DNA of 32,000 nucleotides from Desulfocapsa sulfexigens DSM 10523 (GTDB lineage Bacteria; Desulfobacterota; Desulfobulbia; Desulfobulbales; Desulfocapsaceae): NCBI RefSeq assembly GCF_000341395.1, contig NC_020304.1, positions 3,030,001 to 3,062,000 of the forward strand, read 5' to 3'. Shown piece by piece: positions 8,161 to 15,259 of this stretch (position 1 is its first letter; each line of letters starts with the position of its first letter). The notes under the pieces were generated by a model. It saw only the letters and a program-made list of their open reading frames with translations, ran no database searches and was not told where the DNA came from. The position numbers and the translations under genes were made by a program.

Positions 8161-9356
8161 TTTATTTCTGCATCGTCATCGACCCAACATTTCATCATAA
8201 ATGAAAGTCGAGTATCCTTTCTCAGAACTTTTAGTTTGTCTAAAACAGAAGGTACTGGTGACTTAGCTAAATCAGAGTTGGTCATGCTTTCATGATTATT
8301 ACGGTTTATCCTACCGCCCTGAATGTACCTAACATGACTTTCAAACTCATCTAAGCAAAATGGTCTAGGTTTATCACGGTCGAATTCCAGAATGTCTGAA
8401 GTATCTTTGCCATCACACAAATCTGGATCGTCGAAATTTTCTAAATGGTTAAGTGCCTCGGTACCAAACTCTCTTGGACAGGGTTTGACAATTCCTGCGG
8501 CAACCATTCTTGCATGGGCGAGTGCTTTTTGAACTACATTGTTTTGACGTGTAGCACTTCTTTCTGTTTTACCGATAACGAGATTGGTGAACTCATCACT
8601 AGACATCAACCAATACGGTAACTTTATTTCTTCCTGACCGTCATCACCTGCTGCAATGTCATATGCACGAAACTGTACAGCTCTCTCTTTAAAGGCTGAA
8701 CCATACTCACCATGAGGATCGACAACCACTATTTGAGGGGACAACTCTTTATCATTATTTTTATGGGAAAGTACGCTATGGATAATAGCAGCTACGGTAC
8801 CTGATTTACCTGACCCTGTAGAACCGAGAACAGCACAATGCATACCAAACATCTTATTGATGTTCGCTCTGCATTTTGTTGATTCAGATGCACTATAAAC
8901 CGCAAAAGGGATTAATGGGTCGACAGCTTCATCTCTTGTTCCCTCTGCCGAACGATAGACAAAAGATATTTCTTCGTTGGTTAGAAGGAATACGCCTTGC
9001 TGGGGTAAAGGGTAGGTTTTAATACCACGTTTAAAAGCCAAAGTTGATTTTGTATTATTCCAGCTGCCTTCAGCCAGCAGTTGGACTTCCATTACACGCT
9101 GATCAGAATCAGCAGTTACAGGCATACCTGCTTCAATTAACTCTTCTGATCGCATTCTGAGCATTGTCACTAAACCAAAAATTATTTTTCGGCCATAGTG
9201 AATTTTAACCATACTACCTATTTGGCCGATAGGGTAAACACGACCATTAAAAGTTCTTGTTAATTCTGATATTTTATCGGAAATCTCAACTTTAATATTG
9301 GTTCCTGATACCTCGACAACTTGGCCTATTTTCAACTCTTCAGATGGTGTAAACAT
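8157..9356 (-). pseudogene. HerA-like (DUF87-type) ATPase partner of SIR2, C-terminally truncated by the IS66 end
   Basis: Likely start is ATG 9356-9354 (GAGG 8 nt upstream, 2 nt after the SIR2 stop). It has a HAS-barrel-like N-terminus (IGQVVEVSGTNIKVEI, GQIGSMVKI), Walker A GSTGSGKS and VVVDPHGEY. No Walker B (hhhhEEAH-like) appears before the frame runs into the IS66 terminal repeat. The TAA stop (8159-8157) lies inside GTAAGCG. Confidence 0.8.
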
Positions 9357-9358
9357 AA

Positions 9359-10531
9359 CTAAACCTCGCATCCATTTTTTAATACTGATGTTACACCGTT
9401 GAATGTCCACCAATAATCGTCTTCGTCTTTTCTCTTAAATGGGCCTTCTTTTCCAATATACAGGCCATGTATGGATGCAATAATTACTCTTGAGCCAAAA
9501 CTATCACTACGCCACTTTTCTAAACATGGAGGAATTTCATTCCTACACTCCAAGAAAGCGAGCAATACGGTTTTGTTCTCTTCTTTCGATAAAGCAAATT
9601 CAATTTCGTTGTTGATATGATCATCGCCAAAACTATAGCCGCAGACAGCTAAAATATTACTATTGGAGGAATTTAGAGATTTTCTGAATAAATCAAATTG
9701 CGTAGAGAACGGGTCTTGTTGAGTGGCAACGTATTTTGTAGCTTGTGGGTAAATTAGAACTCGCCGTTCTGCCTTTGGGTAGAGGTCGTTGTCTCTAACT
9801 CGCCATACATACCCTTTATCACAAAGAAACCAATCTATAGAGCCATGCATTTTAATTAAGTTCGCACGTTGTCCATTCGTTGGTGTGGGTTCCCCATACT
9901 TCTGAGTTCGATGGGCTACAGCTCCGCCATCAAACCCATCCCAATAAGATACTTTGCTTAGTGCTAGTGCATCTTCTAAAAGAGTGTCATAATTGGTTGT
10001 GAAAATATTGACAGCTTTTCTTCGCTCATGAACACCAGCGGATGCGTGGTTAAACAGAGCATCAATAAATTCTAAATGTGCTTTGATGTCCACGATTGGT
10101 TTAGACAAAGAGCCTTCTTCAACTGTATTTCCATCCTTGTCCTCAACATAGCCGCACCGGATCACATTTGAGATAGACTCAAGAATTGTATTATGTACTT
10201 CTTCTAGGGTAGCTAACTCAACCTCACCACCACTAATGATTGTCTTCTTCTCTTTGTTTCTTTCAGCTAATGCAGCATAGTCGCCAAGATGACTAAGAAC
10301 ATGCTCTATATGGCATTGTTCAGGCAACTCTTGAAATAGTGGAGTGATAATATCGTCATATAATTTTTTGTGACTAGCTTCTAAATTCTTTTTTACTTTG
10401 TTCGTCAAAGGGTACATTAGCGGCAATTTAGCGTCGAAGCTTATTCCTGCACCCAGTAGCCAACTTTGCTCACTGCACTTCAAGTGCTCTTCTATTTGCA
10501 AGAACAACTCACCGTCAATCAAATCATCCAT
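9359..10531 (-). CDS. SIR2-like NADase-family protein (defence-associated SIR2)
   Basis: 390 aa with LLGAGIS (Rossmann glycine motif), FTTNYDTLLE and KMHGSIDW motifs, characteristic of SIR2-like proteins in defence operons. It is immediately followed by a HerA-like ATPase gene. Confidence 0.8.
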   Translation of the reverse strand: MDDLIDGELFLQIEEHLKCSEQSWLLGAGISFDAKLPLMYPLTNKVKKNLEASHKKLYDDIITPLFQELPEQCHIEHVLSHLGDYAALAERNKEKKTIISGGEVELATLEEVHNTILESISNVIRCGYVEDKDGNTVEEGSLSKPIVDIKAHLEFIDALFNHASAGVHERRKAVNIFTTNYDTLLEDALALSKVSYWDGFDGGAVAHRTQKYGEPTPTNGQRANLIKMHGSIDWFLCDKGYVWRVRDNDLYPKAERRVLIYPQATKYVATQQDPFSTQFDLFRKSLNSSNSNILAVCGYSFGDDHINNEIEFALSKEENKTVLLAFLECRNEIPPCLEKWRSDSFGSRVIIASIHGLYIGKEGPFKRKDEDDYWWTFNGVTSVLKNGCEV

Positions 10532-10577
10532 TTATTTTCCTTCTTATAGAGTTGTAGCCAAATTAGCAACCAGAGCG

Positions 10578-10670
10578 TTATAACGTTTCGGGTAACCGGA
10601 CCGCGCCACCCTAACTTTCCGCGTCAGCGCCGCCACCGTTCACGCGGTCCGGTTGACCCGCTGGTTAGCC
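10578..10670 (-). other. Integron attC recombination site (attC-1), downstream of the 139-aa cassette
   Basis: On the minus strand, R''=GGCTAAC contains the TAA stop of the 139-aa ORF. It is followed by the spacer, L''=GTCAACCGGACCGCG, a 37-nt loop, L'=CGCGGTCCGGTTACC, a spacer and R'=GTTATAA. On the + strand, TAACGTTTCGGGTAACCGGACCGCG (10581-10605) pairs with CGCGGTCCGGTTGACCCGCTGGTTA (10643-10667). The pairing has an unpaired central bubble and one extrahelical G (10655), which is the classic attC geometry. Confidence 0.8.
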
Positions 10671-11084
10671 AGTTTTACATTTTTCTTTATCAACTTCTTG
10701 ACCGACTACTATTCGTAATATCCCTGCAAACAGGAATGAACCCAACAAAGTAAATATAAAAAGGGCCACTTGACGAAGATCTGTTGTATGGAGGTAACGT
10801 TCAGCTACAAAACCAACGACTAGGATCATTGTTGAAAAGACGATACTTGATAATAAAGTGTATAGAGTAGTAATTTTAGTTTTGAATAGCGCAACTCCGA
10901 TACCAAACCCGACCATTATTATAATTGCCCCCAATCCTGTAAGACCAAGCGATACAGAAAGGGAAATTGATTTCCCCCACATTTCTTCATATTTGCCCAA
11001 AACAAATATTTGATAACAGGCATAAATTGACATATATGCCACGAAACATAGTGGGAAAACCAAGTATGTAAGAGCTTTTTTCAT
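10665..11084 (-). CDS. Small four-helix membrane protein (139 aa), single-gene integron cassette
   Basis: The ORF has four hydrophobic segments and is bounded by attC-2 (R' GTTAGCC, 11096-11090) upstream and attC-1 downstream. The 5' UTR is only 5 nt (11085-11089), with no obvious SD. Confidence 0.65.
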   Translation of the reverse strand: MKKALTYLVFPLCFVAYMSIYACYQIFVLGKYEEMWGKSISLSVSLGLTGLGAIIIMVGFGIGVALFKTKITTLYTLLSSIVFSTMILVVGFVAERYLHTTDLRQVALFIFTLLGSFLFAGILRIVVGQEVDKEKCKTG

Positions 11085-11089
11085 AGGAT

Positions 11090-11215
11090 GGCTAACGTTG
11101 GAGCTCAGGGGCTGGCGGAGATTTGCAGCACTGAACTTTGATTAACTTGGGATTTTGGTAACAAGGCTGAACTTCGGAAAACCGCGCTGCCCGCCAGTCC
11201 CTTGCAGCGGTTTGT
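11090..11215 (-). other. Integron attC site (attC-2), major part; the remaining 7 nt lie at 13184-13190 beyond the intron
   Basis: On the + strand, GGCTAAC (11090-11096) is the complement of R' GTTAGCC. GGGGCTGGCGG (11108-11118) pairs with CCGCCAGTCCC (11191-11201). The R'' complement GT|TAGAAT is split, with GT at 11214-11215 and TAGAAT at 13184-13189. The reconstituted site is about 133 nt. Confidence 0.7.
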
Positions 11216-13183
11216 GTACGCCCGACATGGGCGTGAACTAATGGGGTTAGAGTCCCCTGTAAGTGTTCCATGTAACGTTGTGAAACGTAACATAAATTAC
11301 TAGCCAATGGCAAGGGCGTTACCGTGAGGTAGGGTCTGAAGGAAGCCGGATGGCAAAGATATGGGGTGACGAACAGAAATATCATATAAGGCCGAGTCTC
11401 TGGGGCAGTCAGCACAACATAATTACGCCCGGGAACAGGAGATACGGTAAATGATGCGCTCGCATATCGGAAGTTCACGCTCTTATTCGGGGAGATCTGT
11501 ATTCCATGCAATATGAAATTATTTCCAGTGAAATTACCGGTGGGGTTCCGGTTTCCAAATATCCCGGCATAGACAGGGAATGTCCTGCCCGTCTGTGAGA
11601 TACGAAGAAAGAAGACAGACAGGAAATGATGAAATACGGCACCACTTTGAGCAATCGGAATGGTGAGAATGCAGAAGTCAGCAGAAGCCATAGTAGCCCA
11701 AAGCCGGGGGTAATGCCCCGGACACGGTGAAGGGCTGAACATTAAGGAGAGAAATATGTTGCCAAGACACCTTACGCGTACTGTGAACCTGAACGGGGGA
11801 GTAGTGTATAAGCGTATCGCGGATGAGCAGTTCTCAAACGATCAACTACTGGAACGTATAGTTTCGACAGAGAATGTCGGTAAGGCCTGGAAACAGGTGC
11901 GCAGTAATAAAGGTGCTCCCGGAATCGACGAAATAACAGTCGAGGATTTCCCGTTCACTTTTCGTGAATGCTGGCCTGAAATACGCTCAACCATACTGGA
12001 AGGGAATTACATCCCTTCTCCTGTTCAGAGAGTTGAAATACCCAAACCGGATGGCAGTACTCGTCCTCTTGGGATTCCAACTGTGCTGGATAGAGTTATC
12101 CGGCAGGCCATCGCTCAGGTTATGAGTCCTATTTTCGATCCTCATTTTTCAGAATCGAGTTGTGGGTTCAGACCGGGCAGATCAGCCCATGACGGAGTGA
12201 AGCAGATAAAGCAGTACATCAGACAGGGCTACAAAGTCGCAGTTGATATGGATTTGTCGAAATTCTTCGACACAGTCAACCACGATGTTCTGATGAACCG
12301 GGTATCACGTCGGATAGAAGATAAACGTGTACTCAAGCTTATCGGCAAATACCTTCGGGCTGGCGTAATGGTTAATGGCCGTCGTCTTGCAACTCCGCTT
12401 GGAGTACCGCAGGGCGGTCCTCTTTCGCCACTTCTTGCAAATATTCTTCTTGACGATCTGGATAAGGAACTGGAGAAACGTGGTCACCACTTCGTTCGTT
12501 ATGCCGATGACTTCATCATTTTAGTGAAAAGTCTTTCAGCAGCAGAACGGGTGATGGCCAGTGTCAGCAGATTCCTGAAAAGAGAGCTACGGCTAATCGT
12601 CAACGAGAAGAAAAGCAGTTTTGGTAAAGTGGAGGAATGCAGTTTTCTCGGGTTTGTCTTTGTGCGAGGCAAAATAAGATGGAGCGACAAAGCCTTTTGT
12701 GAGTTCAAAAGACGTATTCGTCTTTTTACCGGAAGAAGCTGGGGCGTCTCCATGGAATACCGCCTACACAAACTTGCAGAGTATGTACGGGGCTGGATAA
12801 ACTATTACGGCATTTCGGAGTATTATCGCCCGATCCCGATAGTAGACGAATGGCTCCGTCGCAGGATACGAATGTGTTTCTGGAAACAATGGAGATATAC
12901 ACGAACCAAAGTGTCCAATCTTCTCAAGCTGGGAACCTTCAAAAGACAGGCAATTATGACAGCATTAAGTCGTAAAGGCCCATGGCATCTCGCCAGAACC
13001 CTGGCTGCACAAACGGGCATGACCAACAAATGGCTGAAAGAACTTGGGTTGATATCTGTCAAAGACCAGTGGGTGAAGATTCACTATCCGGCTCAGGCCC
13101 GATGACCTTAATGAACCGCCCTATGCGGAGCCGCTTGTGGGGTGGTGTGGGGAGGGCGAGGGAAAACCTTGCCTTTACCCGAT
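11216..13183 (+). mobile_element. Group II intron, class C (attC-type), inserted in attC-2 antisense to the cassettes
   Basis: The 5' end is GTACGCCCGACATGGGCGTGAAC (GUGYG-like). The IEP ORF sits in domain IV. The domain V-like hairpin (13115-13146) has a 7-bp lower helix containing CGC with a G.U wobble, a 2-nt 3' bulge, a 6-position upper helix with one U.U mismatch, and a 4-nt loop. The domain VI-like hairpin has a bulged A (13177) 6 nt before the 3' end ...CCCGAT. The element is about 1.97 kb. Boundaries are good to about 2 nt. Confidence 0.8.
11756..13105 (+). CDS. Group II intron-encoded protein (reverse transcriptase / maturase, no endonuclease domain)
   Basis: 449 aa with RT motifs RPLGIPTVLDRVIRQA, FRPGRSAHD, GVPQGGPLSPLLANILL and FVRYADDFIILV (YADD). 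The C-terminal maturase X region has RGWINYYG. The protein ends without an HNH/En domain, as in class C introns. Confidence 0.92.
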   Translation: MLPRHLTRTVNLNGGVVYKRIADEQFSNDQLLERIVSTENVGKAWKQVRSNKGAPGIDEITVEDFPFTFRECWPEIRSTILEGNYIPSPVQRVEIPKPDGSTRPLGIPTVLDRVIRQAIAQVMSPIFDPHFSESSCGFRPGRSAHDGVKQIKQYIRQGYKVAVDMDLSKFFDTVNHDVLMNRVSRRIEDKRVLKLIGKYLRAGVMVNGRRLATPLGVPQGGPLSPLLANILLDDLDKELEKRGHHFVRYADDFIILVKSLSAAERVMASVSRFLKRELRLIVNEKKSSFGKVEECSFLGFVFVRGKIRWSDKAFCEFKRRIRLFTGRSWGVSMEYRLHKLAEYVRGWINYYGISEYYRPIPIVDEWLRRRIRMCFWKQWRYTRTKVSNLLKLGTFKRQAIMTALSRKGPWHLARTLAAQTGMTNKWLKELGLISVKDQWVKIHYPAQAR

Positions 13184-13193
13184 TAGAATTTTT

Positions 13194-13376
13194 TTAATCA
13201 TCATCCTCAGGCGGATCATCATCGTCGAGTTCATATGTTGTTGGTTGATAACTTCTTTTTTCAGGTTCTGAATAATCCCAGATTTCTTTTGAAATTTCTT
13301 CATTTTGAGAACCCTGATCATTTTCTTGCTTTTTCTCTAACTGTTTGAGAATTTTGTCAATATCCTTGCCACTCAT
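13194..13376 (-). CDS. Small highly acidic protein (60 aa), second gene of a two-gene cassette
   Basis: The ATG overlaps the upstream stop as ATGA (13376-13373), indicating translational coupling. The sequence is MSGKDIDKILKQLEKKQEND...YELDDDDPPEDDD, ending in an acidic tail. The stop lies 3 nt from attC-2 R''. The ORF is short, so coding status is not certain. Confidence 0.5.
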   Translation of the reverse strand: MSGKDIDKILKQLEKKQENDQGSQNEEISKEIWDYSEPEKRSYQPTTYELDDDDPPEDDD

Positions 13377-13972
13377 ACTAGCTCCTTTTTTCCGTAAAAT
13401 TTTAAATATGAAATTTCATCTTGAGAGATAAGTACCCCACGGGTACGATTAGATTTCTTCCCAAATTTTCTACCTTTGATAGGTAGCCAAAGTTCTTCCA
13501 GATAAATTTGCCTTTCAGCTGGAAATGAACTTGCCATAGATTTTAGAGCATACTTTCCCCTAATTGTATCACCGCTTTTCAGATGAATTTCTACCCAATA
13601 AGATTCTCTTTTACTGAAGACGTAATCCCAAGGCTGTTTGTATGGACTTAGAATTTTATTCTTGAAAATCTTGAACCTCGACAACCAGACAAATAGAAAA
13701 GGCCATAAGGCAGGCGCAACCACAAAAGTAAAAACAACAGACAGCCAATAATAAAAAGGGTGTTTATCAACAAACCCATCTTTACTAATTATGATTAATA
13801 GCCAGAAAAAAAATACGAAATTCAAAACGCTGTAGCACACAGCCTCTACAATTGACTTTGAATAATCCCTATTCTCAATAGCTATTATCCAGCTATAGGT
13901 TTTTAGTGAGATAAATCCAGGCAGTACTAGTGCTAAAAACAATAGTGCCTTATCTAATTCCCATATATTCAT
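13373..13972 (-). CDS. Hypothetical membrane protein (199 aa): N-terminal TM helices plus a C-terminal soluble domain
   Basis: The ORF has three or four hydrophobic helices (LLFLALVLPGFISL, VLNFVFFFWLLIII, WLSVVFTFVVAPALWPFLFVWL). These are followed by WDYVFSKRESYWVEIHLKSGDTIRGKY..., a beta-rich-looking domain. It is the first ORF after the 138-bp repeat, next to the intI remnant. Confidence 0.65.
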   Translation of the reverse strand: MNIWELDKALLFLALVLPGFISLKTYSWIIAIENRDYSKSIVEAVCYSVLNFVFFFWLLIIISKDGFVDKHPFYYWLSVVFTFVVAPALWPFLFVWLSRFKIFKNKILSPYKQPWDYVFSKRESYWVEIHLKSGDTIRGKYALKSMASSFPAERQIYLEELWLPIKGRKFGKKSNRTRGVLISQDEISYLKFYGKKELV

Positions 13973-13980
13973 TTGATTCT

Positions 13981-14118
13981 AACAGTGTTAATACATGGAC
14001 AATGTCCATCATATTGCCTTGTATCTAGCCACTTTTTCCACTTATTTTGGTATTAATAGCTTTAAATGGAAAAAACTGTCCACTTATTACTTTTTTCTAC
14101 ATTTTGTCCATGTGATGC
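13981..14118. repeat. 138-bp repeat, copy 2, abutting the truncated 5' end of intI
   Basis: It is a direct repeat of 6586-6723 (128/138 identical). On the minus strand its end reads TATTAAC-ACT-GTT|AGAAT, 8 nt before the ATG of the 199-aa gene. Confidence 0.85.
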
Positions 14119-14124
14119 CATATT

Positions 14125-14762
14125 ATGATGGGTATCATGGAAAAGAAGGTGTTAGCACAAATGAAGGGCACCCATCTACTAATGGCCAAATTGATTTACG
14201 GAACAGGTATACGTCTAATGGAGTGTATTCGTCTACGTATACAAGATATTGATTTTGGCCAGAGGCAGCTGTTTATTCGCTCCGGAAAAGGTGGAAAAGA
14301 TAGAACGACATTCTTGCCTCGTTTTGTTCACGACGAACTTCATGAGCATGTCGAACGTGTAAAAAACCTGACATCGCCTGAACTGATGAGAAATACAGGC
14401 TAGCCAGAACATATCGAAAAGCAGCCTGGGAAACATCGTGGCAATACGTATTCCCAAGTAAGTCACGATCTATAGATCCAAGGAGCAAAAAAGAACGTAG
14501 ACATCACTTACTTGAGTCAGGCCTGCAAAAAAGCTGGTAAATCGGCTGTGAGAAAGTCAGGGATCGACAAGCGGGCAACCGTCCATACTCTTCGCCATTC
14601 CTTCGCTACACATATGCTGAAAATGAAACCAATATTCGTGTGCTTCAAGATCTTCTTGGACATGCTGATGTGAAAACAACAGAAATATATACCCATGTTA
14701 TGCGAAAGGATATTGATGGGTTGCAAAATCCGCTGGATCGTCTGTACAGCAAAGCCAAATAG
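14125..14762 (+). pseudogene. intI: Integron integrase (IntI-type tyrosine recombinase), 5'-truncated with at least 3 frameshifts
   Basis: Four segments in shifting frames read as follows. Segment 1 is KKVLAQMKGTHLLMAKLIYGTGIRLMECIRLRIQDIDFGQRQLFIRSGKGGKDRTTFLP...HVERVKNL. Segment 2 is [44 protein letters not shown]. Segment 3 is [29 protein letters not shown]. Segment 4 is [46 protein letters not shown]. The R, K, HxxR, H and Y catalytic boxes are all present. The W..W.YVFP...S.DPRS...RHH insertion that separates IntI from XerC/D is also present. About 120 N-terminal residues are missing. Confidence 0.85.
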
Positions 14763-15037
14763 AAGGAAATTTCCGCTCTTTTCCCTTCAAAATAAATTGC
14801 CGTCCATTAAAACAGAAGAGTTGTATTTGTTCAATGAGTAATTGTGCTATTTCACTGAAAAATCTAATAATTTTATGTGAAGATGTGCGGTGAGTAGGGG
14901 AACTATCGTGCAATATGGGCAGCTTTAGATGTTTCCTGAGTCCTCACCAGAAAAAAGCTGAAAAGGAAATTTGACGAGTGGTTGAAAAAAATAAAAATAG
15001 CTCAGGAATAAAAAACACGGGTGGGGGTAGGGTGGGG

Positions 15038-15082
15038 GATAAACAAAAACAGCTACTAAGGAAAGTTTCCTTAGTAGCTGTT
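15038..15082 (-). terminator. Rho-independent terminator of tRNA-Glu
   Basis: A 14-bp perfect stem, AACAGCTACTAAGG (15048-15061) with CCTTAGTAGCTGTT (15069-15082), has a 7-nt loop. On the minus strand it is followed by TTTTGTTT. It begins 6 nt after the tRNA 3' end. Confidence 0.75.
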
Positions 15083-15088
15083 GTCGTT

Positions 15089-15163
15089 TGGTGACCCCAA
15101 GGGGAATCGAACCCCTGCTTCCGGCGTGAGAGGCCAGCGTCCTAACCGCTAGACGATGGGGCC
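15089..15163 (-). tRNA. tRNA-Glu (anticodon CUC), CCA encoded
   Basis: The minus strand reads GGCCCCATCGTCTAGCGGTTAGGACGCTGGCCTCTCACGCCGGAAGCAGGGGTTCGATTCCCCTTGGGGTCACCA. It folds by hand into a cloverleaf. The parts are acceptor GGCCCCA/TGGGGTC, D arm GTCT..GGAC, anticodon stem CTGGC/GCCGG with loop CT-CTC-AC, and T arm AGGGG-TTCGATT-CCCCT. Confidence 0.9.
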
Positions 15164-15259
15164 ATTATTTCGAGTCTTTTCTACCTGACTGCTGAGAGCT
15201 TGTCAAGGATTTGTTCCTGCTTTGTTGGAACTAATTGGTTGTAATTTGAACAGCTGGAG

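Noticed and set aside
11092-11742. 216-aa minus-strand ORF upstream of the intron RT gene
   Set aside because: It lies antisense across attC-2 and group II intron domains I-III. Its translation is low-complexity (P/S/R/F-rich) with no motif. The region is better explained as structured intron RNA.
15019-15038. G-quadruplex-type motif GGGTGGGGGTAGGGTGGGGG just below the tRNA-Glu terminator
   Set aside because: It is a real four-G-tract motif, but it is isolated, short and has no positional logic I can support. Similar G-runs elsewhere (2236-2250, 29915-29935) suggest chance occurrence.
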